This document shows positions 28,385 through 37,947 of a stretch of 62,192 nt of DNA, piece by piece. The DNA is from Vicinamibacteria bacterium (lineage in GTDB: Bacteria; Acidobacteriota; Vicinamibacteria; Fen-336): contig DATKEG010000010.1 of assembly GCA_035544515.1 (NCBI GenBank), positions 1 to 62,192 on the forward strand. Reading direction: 5' to 3'. Under the pieces are notes generated by a model that ran no database searches, had not been told where the DNA came from, and saw nothing but the letters and a program-made list of their open reading frames with translations. The stretch's first letter is position 1. Every line of letters starts with the position of its first letter. A program made the position numbers and the translations under genes.

Positions 28385-30088
28385 ATGAGCCCGCGCGCGG
28401 GCGCCGCCGCCGGTTCCGCCGCGGCCGTCCTCTGGGTGGCGCTGTGCGCCCGCTGGTTCGACGTCGGCCTGGCGCGGCCGTGGTGGCTCGCCGCGGTTCC
28501 GCCCGGCCCGCTCGCCGCCGCCGCCGCCCTCCTGCTGGTCCTGTGTTGGCGTGCTCACGGTCCGCGCCTGAGCGGCTCGTCGGCGGGCTCTCCCTGGCCG
28601 CTGCTCCTGGTCGTCGGCCTGGCCGTGCTCTTCCGCCTTCCGCTGGTCTGGCAGGGCGCGGCGGCCTACGTCACTGCCGACGGCGCCCTCTCCGGCCTCG
28701 TCGCGCTGCACGTGCGCGACGGCACCGAGCGCCTGGTGTTCGTGCCGCACGTCCCCTACAGCGGCAGCCTGAAGTCCCACCTGACCGCGCCGCTCTCGCT
28801 GGCCATGGACGCCGCGCGCGCCTTCGCGCTCTCGTCCGTGCTCTTCTATGCGCTGTTCGTGGGGGCGCTTTACCGGCTCGCGCTCCACCTGCGCGAGGCG
28901 CCGGCCTGGACGGCGCCGGCCGCGGGGCTCTATGCCGCTTTCGCTCCCGCCCTCGTGACGCGCTACAGCCTGAGCAACGACGGCAACTACGTGGAGGTCC
29001 TCGCCCTGGGCACCCTGGCCCTGGTGCTGGGCATCCGCTGGGTCCGCGAGCGGGAGCGCCGCGGCTCTCTGGCGGTCCTGCTCGGGCTGGTGCTGGGCGT
29101 GGCCTTCTGGTGCCACATCCTGGCGGTGATCTACGCCGCGGCCCTGGGGTCGTTCCTGCTGCTGAGCGACTGGAGAGGCGCTCTCCGCTCCGCCTTCGCC
29201 GGCTCGTTCGGTTTCGCGCTCGGCGCCGCGCCGTCCCTGCTGTGGAACGCGGCCAACGGCTGGGCTTCGTTCCACTACCTGCTCCCCGGTGGCACGCCCG
29301 TGGGCGAGGCGGCCACGGGTCTGCCGCTCCCCGCGCGGTTGTTCGGCCTCGTCGCCGACCACGCGCCGGTGCTCCTCGGTTACGACCCGGGCTACCCGCG
29401 TACGATCGACGCGCTCCTGAAGGCGGCGTCCTTCGCCACGCTGGCGCTCGCGGTGGCGGGCCTGGCCGCCCTCGCCCGCCGGGCGGCGCGCGCGCGGTGC
29501 GAGGCGGCGCGCCTGCTGCTCGTGCTCGTGGTCGTGAACGTCGCGGTCGCGCTCTGGGCCCTGCCCTACATCCCGGGCAACCCGCGCTATCTGCTGTTCC
29601 TGGTGGCGCCCGTCGCCGTGGCCCTCGCGCTCCGGCTGCGCGCGCCGCGCGCGCGGCCCGTGTTCGCGGTCGTGGTCGCCCTGGGCGCGCTGGGCTCGTT
29701 GGCCCAGTTCCCGGGGGCGGTGGCCACGGACACACGCTGGCGCGGCTTCGTGGGGGACCTCGAACGTGAAGGGGTCCGCTGGTGCTACACGGACTTCTAC
29801 CTCGGCACCAAGGTGAATTTCCTGTCCGAGGAGCGCGTCGTCTGCTCCTCGAAGCTCGGCCCGACCACGACCGAGTACTTCTTCGCCTATCGCGAGCAGG
29901 TGGAGCGGGCGCCCGCTGCCGCCTACATCGCCGTCAACGAGGACAACGCGCAGAAGCTGGGCCGGCGGCTGGCGCGCCTGGGCGTGACCTGCGACCGCCT
30001 CGACTCGATGAAGCCCGTCCTCCTGCGCCTGTCCCGCAAGGTGAATCCCGCGGAGCTGTTCCCCGACCGTGACTTTCCGTGGCGCTGA
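28385..30088 (+). CDS. GT-C fold membrane glycosyltransferase paralog (ArnT/PMT-like)
   Basis: 567-aa polytopic protein. Loop-1 motif is YVTADGALSG...YSGSLKSHLTAPL. The C-terminal soluble domain carries VRWCYTDFYLGTKVNFLSEERVVCSSKLGPT, shared with 30998..32773 and 41583..43319. Confidence 0.72.
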   Translation: MSPRAGAAAGSAAAVLWVALCARWFDVGLARPWWLAAVPPGPLAAAAALLLVLCWRAHGPRLSGSSAGSPWPLLLVVGLAVLFRLPLVWQGAAAYVTADGALSGLVALHVRDGTERLVFVPHVPYSGSLKSHLTAPLSLAMDAARAFALSSVLFYALFVGALYRLALHLREAPAWTAPAAGLYAAFAPALVTRYSLSNDGNYVEVLALGTLALVLGIRWVRERERRGSLAVLLGLVLGVAFWCHILAVIYAAALGSFLLLSDWRGALRSAFAGSFGFALGAAPSLLWNAANGWASFHYLLPGGTPVGEAATGLPLPARLFGLVADHAPVLLGYDPGYPRTIDALLKAASFATLALAVAGLAALARRAARARCEAARLLLVLVVVNVAVALWALPYIPGNPRYLLFLVAPVAVALALRLRAPRARPVFAVVVALGALGSLAQFPGAVATDTRWRGFVGDLEREGVRWCYTDFYLGTKVNFLSEERVVCSSKLGPTTTEYFFAYREQVERAPAAAYIAVNEDNAQKLGRRLARLGVTCDRLDSMKPVLLRLSRKVNPAELFPDRDFPWR

Positions 30089-30122
30089 TGACGGACACGG
30101 GCGGCCGCCGGCGGCCCGCCGC

Positions 30123-30959
30123 TCATCCCGCATCCGGCAGCACGCGCCGGTACACGTCGCGCGCGGGCAGGCCCAGCGCGCGAGCGGTCTCCTTCACCGC
30201 CTCGCGCCGCGTGCGGCCCTGGGCCACGAGGCGGGCGAAGAGCGCCTCGGCCTCTTCGCCCGCGGGGGCGGCCTCCGTGGCCCCTGAGATCACCAGCACG
30301 ATCTCGCCCTTGACGCTGGGCCGCGAGGCCAGGCGCGCTCGCAGCTCGGACAGGCGCCCGCGCGCATACTCCTCGTGAAGCTTGGTGGCCTCGCGGCAGA
30401 GGAACGCCTCGCGATCGCCCAGGGCCGCCTCCATGTCGGCGAGCGCGGCGATCACGCGCAGGGGCGACTCGTAGACGAGGAGGGTCTCGCGCACCGCGCG
30501 GAGGTCCGTGAGCGCCTGGCGCCGCGCGCCCGCGCGGGCGGGCAGGAAGCCCACGAAGAGGAACCGGTCGCTGGGGAGGCCGGAGACGGAGAGGGCCGCC
30601 ACCGATGCGCTCGGCCCCGGCACGGGCAGGACCGCGATCCCTTGCGCGCGCGCGTCGCGCACCAGCCGGTAACCGGGGTCGGAGATGCCGGGCGTGCCGG
30701 CGTCGGAGACGAGGGCCACGTCGCGGCCTTCGCGCAGGGCGGCCAGGATGCGCGCGCCCTTCCCGCGCTCGTTGTGCTCGAAGTACGAGGTGGTGGGGGT
30801 GGCGATGCCGTGCGCGCGCAGGAGGACCGCCGTGCGCCGCGTGTCCTCGCAGGCGACGAGGTCGGCCTCGCGCAGGACGCGCAGCGCGCGCAGGGTGACG
30901 TCCTCGAGGTTTCCGAGGGGAGTGGCCACGACGTAGAGCGTTCCCGGGGCCTGGCTCAC
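30123..30959 (-). CDS. rsmI: 16S rRNA (cytidine1402-2'-O)-methyltransferase
   Basis: GTLYVVATPLGNLEDVTLRAL N-terminus, DAGTPGISDPG, and a tetrapyrrole-methylase fold of about the right length (278 aa). Confidence 0.92.
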   Translation of the reverse strand: MSQAPGTLYVVATPLGNLEDVTLRALRVLREADLVACEDTRRTAVLLRAHGIATPTTSYFEHNERGKGARILAALREGRDVALVSDAGTPGISDPGYRLVRDARAQGIAVLPVPGPSASVAALSVSGLPSDRFLFVGFLPARAGARRQALTDLRAVRETLLVYESPLRVIAALADMEAALGDREAFLCREATKLHEEYARGRLSELRARLASRPSVKGEIVLVISGATEAAPAGEEAEALFARLVAQGRTRREAVKETARALGLPARDVYRRVLPDAG

Positions 30960-30997
30960 GCGCGTGTTAGTGTCGGGACACTCGGCATGCCTCGGAT

Positions 30998-32773
30998 GTG
31001 GACGTGAGCGCCGCGCCCGCCCCCGCGCCCCCCGGCCGCGGCCGCTGGAGGTACGCGGCGCTCGGCGGCTGGGTGCTCGCCGCCGACGCGTGGTTCCAGG
31101 GCCCGCTGCTCGGCGGCCGCGTGGGCGCGAGCCTGGGCGCGTGGCTGCTCCTCGCCGTGCTGGTCGTGTCGGTCGTCCGCGCCGTCCCGAAAGGCCGGCC
31201 GCGCCCGTCGCTTTTCGTTCTGACGGTGACGGCCATGCTCTTCCTGGCGACGCTGGTTCGGCTGCCCGCGATCCTCGCGCCCGGCAGCCTCATCACCTCG
31301 GACAGCGCCGTGGCCGGCATCATCGCACAGGAGCTGCGCGACGGGCAGACGCCGGGACCCATCTACGCTCCCGGGTTCCCCTACGAGGGAACGCTCAAGC
31401 CCCACCTGACCGCGCTTGCCGGCCGTGCGCTTCCCTTCGTCGGCACGCCGGCGCTCTACCTGCTGGCCTCCCACGCCTTCTTCCTCGTCTGGATGATCGC
31501 GGTGATGGCGCTCGCGCGCCGGGTGGGCGGCCTGACCGCCGCGCTCGGCGCCGGCCTCTTCCTGGCGGTCAGCCCGCGGTTCCTGGCCGCGTTCTCGCTC
31601 AACAACGTGGGGCAATACGCGGAGGTGAACGCGCTGGGCGCGGCCTCCCTGGCCCTGCTCGCGTCCGGTGGCGGGCCGCTCCTGGCCGGGTTCCTGGTGG
31701 GCCTGGCGCTCTGGCAGCAGCTCGTGGCCGTCTCCTTCGTGGCCGTCCTCGCGGCGGCCGTGCTGGCCACGCCGCGGTGGCGCTCCGCGCGCGGCGTGGC
31801 CGAAGCAGTGGTGGGCCTCGGCGCCGGCTCCTATGCCGTCTGGCTCTGGAACGCCGCGCACGGGTGGGCCACCTTCGACTTCTTCCGGCGGGGGGGCAAG
31901 AACCCCTGGGAGAGGCTGGCGGGCGTGCCGGACCGGCTCGAGCGCACGGCGTCCGTCAGCTTCCCCAAGCTGTTCGGCCTGAGCGACCTCGACGTGACGG
32001 GACCAGCGGCGGCCCTTCTCGGCCTCGTGCTCCCGGCCCTCGTGCTCGCGATGACGTGGACGCGCCGCCGCGAGATCCTGCAGGATCGCGGGCGCAGCGC
32101 CGTGTTCCTGGCCGCTACCTTGTTCCTCGTGACGCTGGGCGTCTTCGTGGTGTCGAAGTTCAGTCATCGCGGCGTCCAGCGGCCGCGCTACCTGATCGCG
32201 TTGTACACGCCCGTCGCGGTGGCCGTGGGCTGGGCCGCCGCCGCGCTCGGCCGGCGCTCGCCGCCGCTCGCCGGCGCCGCGCTCGGCGGCCTGCTCCTCG
32301 TCAACGCCGCCGGCCTCGTCCCGTGGCTGCGCGCGCGCGGCGACGCCGAGGCCCGCGACGACGTCTTCCTCGGCCGCCTCTCACAGCTCGGCGCGCGCAC
32401 GGGCTACAGCGGTTTCTGGGTGGCGCCGAAGTATACGTTCCTGTCGGAGGGCGCCCTCGTCCTCTCCGGAGAGCTGGGCCCGGACGTGTCCTGGGTGCAC
32501 CGGCGGCACGCGGAGGAAGTGCGTGAGCGCGGACCGGACGTTCTGGTCACGGGGAGGGGCACGCTCGCGGAGGCGCTCTCGGGCCGCCTTCGCGCCCTGG
32601 GTGTCGCCTACCAGAAAGAGGACGTGGCCGGCCACGCGGTCTTCTACGGGCTCTCCCGGACGGTCACCCTCGAAGAACTTTCGGGCTACGACTCCGCCGT
32701 CCCCCCGGCGCTCGCGGGATCGGGTGACACGCCCGACTCCGCTGCCGTGGACCATGCCGACACAACCTCTTGA
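30998..32773 (+). CDS. GT-C fold membrane glycosyltransferase paralog (ArnT/PMT-like)
   Basis: 591-aa polytopic protein. Loop-1 motif is LITSDSAVAG...YEGTLKPHLTAL. The C-terminal domain carries ARTGYSGFWVAPKYTFLSEGALVLSGELGPD. Confidence 0.72.
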   Translation: MDVSAAPAPAPPGRGRWRYAALGGWVLAADAWFQGPLLGGRVGASLGAWLLLAVLVVSVVRAVPKGRPRPSLFVLTVTAMLFLATLVRLPAILAPGSLITSDSAVAGIIAQELRDGQTPGPIYAPGFPYEGTLKPHLTALAGRALPFVGTPALYLLASHAFFLVWMIAVMALARRVGGLTAALGAGLFLAVSPRFLAAFSLNNVGQYAEVNALGAASLALLASGGGPLLAGFLVGLALWQQLVAVSFVAVLAAAVLATPRWRSARGVAEAVVGLGAGSYAVWLWNAAHGWATFDFFRRGGKNPWERLAGVPDRLERTASVSFPKLFGLSDLDVTGPAAALLGLVLPALVLAMTWTRRREILQDRGRSAVFLAATLFLVTLGVFVVSKFSHRGVQRPRYLIALYTPVAVAVGWAAAALGRRSPPLAGAALGGLLLVNAAGLVPWLRARGDAEARDDVFLGRLSQLGARTGYSGFWVAPKYTFLSEGALVLSGELGPDVSWVHRRHAEEVRERGPDVLVTGRGTLAEALSGRLRALGVAYQKEDVAGHAVFYGLSRTVTLEELSGYDSAVPPALAGSGDTPDSAAVDHADTTS

Positions 32774-32867
32774 TATACTTCCAGTTATGGTAACGGTCGG
32801 TTGGGCATGATCGTTCCGTAGCGGGGACCAGGATCCGCGTATGTCCAAGCGCTACAATAGTATTCGC

Positions 32868-32897
32868 TTGACACACTTCTAGAGCATGACCTAGCAT
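32868..32897 (+). promoter_or_regulatory. Sigma70-type promoter candidate for rpsU
   Basis: TTGACA (32868..32873), an 18-nt spacer, then TAGCAT (32892..32897), in an AT-richer intergenic stretch. Confidence 0.4.
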
Positions 32898-32967
32898 CCC
32901 TCGCAAATCCGCGAAGCGTGACGCATTGATTTCAACCCAATCCACTGAGTCAGGGGGTGTAGATTTT

Positions 32968-33165
32968 TTGGCGGAGATCAAGGTCCAGGAAGGCGAATCC
33001 ATCGAGAACGCCCTCCGGCGCTTCAAGCGCAAGGTTCAACAGGAAGACATCATCAAGGACATCAAGAAGCACAGCTTCTACCTCAAGCCGGGCGACAAGC
33101 GGCGAGCCAAGCAAGCGCTCGCTCGCAAGAGAAACAGGAAGAAGATCCGGCGTGAGGCCGAGTAG
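32968..33165 (+). CDS. rpsU: 30S ribosomal protein S21
   Basis: The TTG start gives (M)AEIKVQEGESIENALRRFKRKVQQEDIIKDIKKHSFYLKPGDKRR, which fits the S21 consensus. The track ORF begins earlier, at 32926. Confidence 0.9.
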   Translation: MAEIKVQEGESIENALRRFKRKVQQEDIIKDIKKHSFYLKPGDKRRAKQALARKRNRKKIRREAE

Positions 33166-33412
33166 TTCATAGGACGCTGCGTGAAGGTTGGGGGGCGCGC
33201 CGCGTCCCCCAGCCTGCCGAGACGGACCTGCGAGGGTGGGGCCCGTTCAGTCGCCTCCGCCGTGCGGAGGCGGGAGGATTGCAGACGCACATCGTCAAGC
33301 CACGCGCAGGGGTCATTCCGGCGCCGACCGCCGGAGGTCCGGGGAGTGCGGTGCACCCCCCCCAATTCAAGGAGCGCGCGCGGGAGCCTCTTTCGCGCGA
33401 GGGCGATAGGCC

Positions 33413-33706
33413 ATGGAGTACCGAGACAAGTCGCTGGTGTGTGTCGAGTGTCACCAGCCGTTCGTGTGGACCGCGGGGGAGCAGCTCTTCTACGCGGACA
33501 AGAACTTCAAGAACGAGCCGAAGCGCTGCAAGGACTGCAAGAGCAAGCGCAACGCTCGGCTGAGCCAGTCCCCGCGCGAGCGGGTCGAGACCACGGCCAC
33601 CTGCTCGCAGTGCGGAAAGGAGACCACCGTACCCTTCAAGCCCACCCAGGGTCGCCCCGTCTACTGCAAGGAGTGCTTCCAGGCGCGCAAGAGCGCGGCC
33701 ATGTGA
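33413..33706 (+). CDS. Zinc-ribbon protein (two CxxC...CxxC units)
   Basis: 97-aa ORF. CVECHQPFVW...CKDCKSKR and CSQCGKETTVPF...VYCKECF match the 'probable zinc-ribbon' small-protein family as I remember it. Confidence 0.72.
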   Translation: MEYRDKSLVCVECHQPFVWTAGEQLFYADKNFKNEPKRCKDCKSKRNARLSQSPRERVETTATCSQCGKETTVPFKPTQGRPVYCKECFQARKSAAM

Positions 33707-33777
33707 CTCGTCTTCCGGAATAGGGACGACGCGCGCGGAGCCGGGGGGGCCTATCCCTGGAGCTATCCCAGAGTCCG

Positions 33778-33850
33778 GCCCCCGCAGGCAGGCGGAGCGT
33801 TACCCTGCGCGGCGCGCCGGATGCACTCCGGCGCGCGCATTCCGGTCTCA
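33778..33850. repeat. Dispersed hairpin repeat family copy (reverse orientation)
   Basis: CCCGCAGGCAGGCGGAGCGTTACCCTGCGCG-GCGCGCCGGA-TGCAC-TCCGGCGCGC. It is near-collinear with 43385..43447. Confidence 0.8.
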
Positions 33851-33929
33851 TTGACACCTTTGGAAGGCGTGTGTTAACGTCTGCGCTTCCTGTCACTCAG
33901 CTGCAACAGCCTCTCCGGAGAAGACCGCC

Positions 33930-34265
33930 ATGAAGATCGTCGAGCGCCAGGTCGGTGACGTGATCATCCTGGATCTGCACGGCAAGATCCTGATCGGTGA
34001 AGGGGACGACGCGCTGCGCGACGCGGTGACCCGCCTCGTGGACTCCGGCAAGACCAAGATCCTGCTCAACCTGGCCGACGTGCCGTACGTGGATTCGGCG
34101 GGCCTCGGCGAGATCGTGCGCTGCTACACGACGGTGAGCCGCAAGGGCGGCCGCCTCAAGCTGTTGAACCTCACGAAGAAGATCCAGGACTTGCTGGCCA
34201 TCACCAAGCTTCTGACGGTTTTCGAGACCTACGACTCCGAAGACGAAGCCGTCCGCAGCTTCTAG
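33930..34265 (+). CDS. STAS-domain anti-sigma-factor antagonist (SpoIIAA-like)
   Basis: 111-aa ORF with a phosphorylatable-Ser context ([13 protein letters not shown]). Confidence 0.87.
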   Translation: MKIVERQVGDVIILDLHGKILIGEGDDALRDAVTRLVDSGKTKILLNLADVPYVDSAGLGEIVRCYTTVSRKGGRLKLLNLTKKIQDLLAITKLLTVFETYDSEDEAVRSF

Positions 34266-34338
34266 GGTCACGCTCCCGCGCGCCGCGGGCGCTCCGGACA
34301 CGGGCGCCGGGCCGGGCGCGCGAGGCGGCGGCCACGCC

Positions 34339-35244
34339 ATGACCGCCCGCGCCATCCTCGCCTCACTGCGGCCGCACCAGTGGACCAAGAACCTGGTCGT
34401 CTTCGCCGCCCTCGCCTTCTCCAAGCACCTCTTCGACCTCGTGCCCCTCGCGCGCGCGACGTTCGCTTTCGCGCTGTTCTGCGGGCTCTCCGGCGCGGTG
34501 TACCTGCTCAACGACCTCGCCGACCTCGAGCGCGACCGCCGCCATCCGATCAAGCGCCTGCGCCCGCTGGCCAGCGGCGCCCTCCTGCCCCGCACCGCGG
34601 GGATGGTGGCCGTGGCCCTGGCCTTCGGATGCCTGGCCCTGGCTTTCCTGCTCGGACGGCCCTTCGCGGCCACCGCCTTCGTCTACCTCGGTCTGAACCT
34701 GCTGTACTCGTTCCGCCTGAAGGAAGTCGTGATCGTGGACGTGCTCTGCGTGAGCCTGGGCTTCGTGGTACGGGCGGTGGCGGGGGCGGTGGCGGTCGGC
34801 GTGGCCATCAGCGACTGGCTCCTCATCTGCACCCTCCTCCTGGCGCTCTTCCTCACCCTGTCCAAGCGGCGCCACGAGCTGACCAGCCTAAACCAGGAAG
34901 CCTCCGCGCACCGCAAGATCCTGGCCGAATACAGCCCCTACCTGCTCGACCAGATGATCAACGTGGTGACGGCCTCGCTCCTCACCGCCTACGCCTTCTA
35001 CACCACGGCCGCGGAGACCCGCGAGAGGTTCCAGACCGACCGCGTGGCCTGGACCATCCCCTTCGTGCTCTACGGGATCTTCCGTTATCTTTACCTGGTG
35101 CACCAGAAGGAGAAGGGGGGCAGCCCTTCCGACGTGCTCTTGACCGACCGGCCGCTGCTGGCCGCCGTGGCCCTGTGGGCGCTGGCGGTCGTGTTCATCG
35201 TCTACACGGCGGCCGGCGTGCCCGGGCCGCTCGGCCGGCCGTGA
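34339..35244 (+). CDS. UbiA-superfamily prenyl-phosphate phosphoribosyltransferase (decaprenyl-phosphate 5-phosphoribosyltransferase-like)
   Basis: About 8-9 TM segments. LLNDLADLERDRRHPIKRLRPLASG closely resembles the first Asp-rich motif of the Rv3806c-type DPPR synthases. Confidence 0.82.
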   Translation: MTARAILASLRPHQWTKNLVVFAALAFSKHLFDLVPLARATFAFALFCGLSGAVYLLNDLADLERDRRHPIKRLRPLASGALLPRTAGMVAVALAFGCLALAFLLGRPFAATAFVYLGLNLLYSFRLKEVVIVDVLCVSLGFVVRAVAGAVAVGVAISDWLLICTLLLALFLTLSKRRHELTSLNQEASAHRKILAEYSPYLLDQMINVVTASLLTAYAFYTTAAETRERFQTDRVAWTIPFVLYGIFRYLYLVHQKEKGGSPSDVLLTDRPLLAAVALWALAVVFIVYTAAGVPGPLGRP

Positions 35245-35798
35245 GCGACCGCGTCGCGGCCGGGGGCGTGGACGTGGACGAGCTGATGCGGCAGGTCCGC
35301 GCCGCCATCGCGGAGAAGAAGCGCGGCCTCGTCTCGGAAGAGGAGCTGCGCGAGATCGCGGAGCGGCCGCTCGAGCCCGTGCTCGACGCGCACGATTTCA
35401 AGAGCGACCTCCTGGCCGAGCTCCTCGCCGATCCCACCCGCTGGAACTACTCGTTCGGGCCCGACGCGCTCGTCCGGAGCAGCCGCGGCGCCGTCGGACG
35501 GGCGCTGGAGGCGGTCCGCCGGGCGCTGCGGCCGGTGCAGAAGCTCTTCTGGAACCCGACCCCCCTCGTCTCCGCCCTCTCGCGCCAGTCCGATCTCAAC
35601 ACGACGTACGTGCACCTGCTGCACAACATGGCGGTGGCGCTGACGCGCCAGCACCTCGAGATCCACGACCTCGAGAACCGGCTCCTCCAGCTCCAGGGCC
35701 GCCTGGACCTGCAGGCGCGGCGCGAGAAGGCGCTGGAGGGGCTGCTGGGCGGGCCGGAACGGCGGGCGGGGGGCGGGGAGGGAGGCGCGGCGGATTGA
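35241..35798 (+). CDS. Hypothetical coiled-coil protein in the glycosyltransferase operon
   Basis: The GTG at 35241 overlaps the upstream TGA (GTGA). The 185-aa product has a C-terminal heptad-like region (LEIHDLENRLLQLQGRLDLQARREKALEGLL). No family recognised. Confidence 0.6.
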   Translation: MSDRVAAGGVDVDELMRQVRAAIAEKKRGLVSEEELREIAERPLEPVLDAHDFKSDLLAELLADPTRWNYSFGPDALVRSSRGAVGRALEAVRRALRPVQKLFWNPTPLVSALSRQSDLNTTYVHLLHNMAVALTRQHLEIHDLENRLLQLQGRLDLQARREKALEGLLGGPERRAGGGEGGAAD

Positions 35799-36889
35799 GA
35801 GGGCGGCCGGTCCGCGTCCACCAGCTCCTGGCCGCGTTGGCCTACGGCGACGCCATCGGCGACGAGGCGCTGGCCATCCAGCGCCACCTCCGGGCCGCCG
35901 GCCTGCAGTCCGACATCTTCGCGGAGAAGGCGCATCCGCGCATGGCCCACCTGGCGCGGCCGCTGTGGCAATACGCGCAGGTCTCGTCGCCCGCGACCGT
36001 GTGCCTCTTCCACTTCTCGATCGGGAGCGCGGCCGGCCGCATGATCTACCACGCCCCCGACCGCCTGGTCGCCGTCTACCACAACATCACGCCCGCCCGC
36101 TTCTTCCTCGGCTTCCACCCCCACCTGGTCGGGTTGTGCCATCACGGCCGGCGCGAGCTGGCCGCCTTCGCCCCGCGCACGGAGCTGGCCCTGGGCGACA
36201 GCGAGTACAACCGGGCCGAGCTGGAGGCGGCGGGCTTCGCTCGGACGGGGGTGCTCCCCATCGTGCTCGACCTCGACCGCTACCGTCAGCCACCCTCGCC
36301 GGTCATGCGCTCGCTGCTCGCGGCCGGCCGGCGGACGACCCTTCTGTTCGTGGGCCGGATCATCCCCAACAAGCGCATCGAGGACCTGATCGCGGTGCTC
36401 GCGTTCTACCGCCGCCGCGACCCGCGCAGCCGTCTCCTGCTCGTGGGTGACTACCGGGGGCACGAGCGCTACTACGCCCGCCTGCGCGAGCGTGCGCTCT
36501 CGCTGGGATTGTCGCTCGCCGACGACGTCGTCTTCACTGGCCACGTCGAGCACGACGACCTGCTGGCCAGCTACGCGGCCGCGGACGTGTTCCTCTGCCT
36601 GTCCGAGCACGAGGGTTTCTGCGTTCCCCTGCTCGAGGCCATGGCCATGGGCGTGCCCGTCGTGGCCTACGACACGGGCGCGGTCCGCGAGACGCTCCGC
36701 GGCGCGGGCGTCCTCCTGGCGGAGAAGGACCCGGCGCTGGTCGCGGAGGTGCTCTGGCGGCTCCGGCACGACGGCGACCTGCGGCCGTCCGTGCTCGCCA
36801 CCCAGCGGCGGGCCCTGGGCGAGCTCGAGCGCACCGACTTCGGCGCCGTGCTGCTCGACCGTCTCTCTCCGGTGCTGGACGCCGCGTGA
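35795..36889 (+). CDS. Glycosyltransferase family 4 (GT-B fold)
   Basis: TTGA overlap with the upstream gene. The EX7E-type motif is SEHEGFCVPLLEAMAMGVPVVA. Confidence 0.87.
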   Translation: MRGRPVRVHQLLAALAYGDAIGDEALAIQRHLRAAGLQSDIFAEKAHPRMAHLARPLWQYAQVSSPATVCLFHFSIGSAAGRMIYHAPDRLVAVYHNITPARFFLGFHPHLVGLCHHGRRELAAFAPRTELALGDSEYNRAELEAAGFARTGVLPIVLDLDRYRQPPSPVMRSLLAAGRRTTLLFVGRIIPNKRIEDLIAVLAFYRRRDPRSRLLLVGDYRGHERYYARLRERALSLGLSLADDVVFTGHVEHDDLLASYAAADVFLCLSEHEGFCVPLLEAMAMGVPVVAYDTGAVRETLRGAGVLLAEKDPALVAEVLWRLRHDGDLRPSVLATQRRALGELERTDFGAVLLDRLSPVLDAA

Positions 36890-37947
36890 GGATCGACCAG
36901 TGGGTCCCCGCGCTGCACCGGGGCGACGCCATCGGCGACAGCGCCCGCCTCATGAGGGACGCCTTCCGGCGCTGGGGGCACCAGGCGGACGTCTACGCGC
37001 TCCAGCTCGACGACGACCTCCAGGGAGACGGGCGGCCGTTCTCGGAGTGGCGGCCGGGCGGTGCCGACGACGTGGTCATCCTCCACTTCGCCCTGCCGTC
37101 TCCCCTCACCGCCGCCCTTCGCGCGCATGCGGGGCGGCGCGTGCTCCTGCATCACAACATCACGCCGCCGCAGTTCTTCCTGGGCTACGACCCCGAGATG
37201 GTCCGCATCTGCGCCATCGGGCGGGAGGAGTGGAAGCGGCTCCGCGGCGAGGTGGACCTGGCCCTGGCGGACAGCGAGTTCAGCCGTCGCGAGCTGGAGG
37301 AAGCGGGTTTCGCCCGCACGGGCGTGCTCCCGATCCTGCTCGACTTCGACCGTTACCGCGGGCCCTCGGCCCCCGCGCTGGAAGCGATGCTGCGCGACGG
37401 GCGGACCAACCTGCTCTTCGTGGGCCGGATCACGCCCAACAAACGGCAGGAGGACCTCGTCCGCCTGGCCGCCTACTGGAAGCGGTTCATCTCCCCGGAC
37501 CTGCGCCTGGTCCTGGTGGGCAAGCTCCCGCGCCGCCGGCACTACCTCGACGCGCTGCAGTCGTTCGTCCACGACGAGGGCTTCACGCCCTGGGAGGTGG
37601 TGCTGACCGGCCACGTGACCCACGCAGAGCTGCTCGCCTGCTACCGTGCGGCGGCGCTGTTCGTGTCCATGAGCGAGCACGAGGGCTTCGGCGTGCCCCT
37701 GGTGGAGGCCATGCTCATGCGTGTCCCCATCCTGACCTACGCGGCGGCCGCCGTGGCGGACACGCTCGGTCCCGCTGGCGTCCAGTTCACGGAGAAGCGC
37801 TACGAGGAAATGGCCGAAGTCGGCCACCGGCTGACCACCGACGCCGCCCTGCGCGCGGCCGTGCTGGCCGGCCAGGACGAGCGCCTGCGCGACTTCACGC
37901 CCGAGTCCGTGGAGGCCCGGCTGCGTGCGCACCTGCACTCGCTGTGA
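36886..37947 (+). CDS. Glycosyltransferase family 4 (GT-B fold), paralog of the previous gene
   Basis: GTGA overlap with the upstream gene. Motif SEHEGFGVPLVEAMLMRVPILT. The N-terminus (IDQWVPALHRGDAIGDSA) parallels VHQLLAALAYGDAIGDEA in the previous gene. Confidence 0.87.
   Translation: MRIDQWVPALHRGDAIGDSARLMRDAFRRWGHQADVYALQLDDDLQGDGRPFSEWRPGGADDVVILHFALPSPLTAALRAHAGRRVLLHHNITPPQFFLGYDPEMVRICAIGREEWKRLRGEVDLALADSEFSRRELEEAGFARTGVLPILLDFDRYRGPSAPALEAMLRDGRTNLLFVGRITPNKRQEDLVRLAAYWKRFISPDLRLVLVGKLPRRRHYLDALQSFVHDEGFTPWEVVLTGHVTHAELLACYRAAALFVSMSEHEGFGVPLVEAMLMRVPILTYAAAAVADTLGPAGVQFTEKRYEEMAEVGHRLTTDAALRAAVLAGQDERLRDFTPESVEARLRAHLHSL

Noticed and set aside
33166-33412. The 247-nt spacer between rpsU and the zinc-ribbon gene, with hairpins (GGGGGGCGC-GCC-GCGTCCCCC near 33192..33212; CGCCTCCGC-CGT-GCGGAGGCG at 33252..33272), as a riboswitch or sRNA
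   Set aside because: The hairpins are adequately explained as the rpsU terminator and 5'-UTR structure. I could recognise no conserved riboswitch motifs, and no independent promoter/terminator pair as at 19389..19652.
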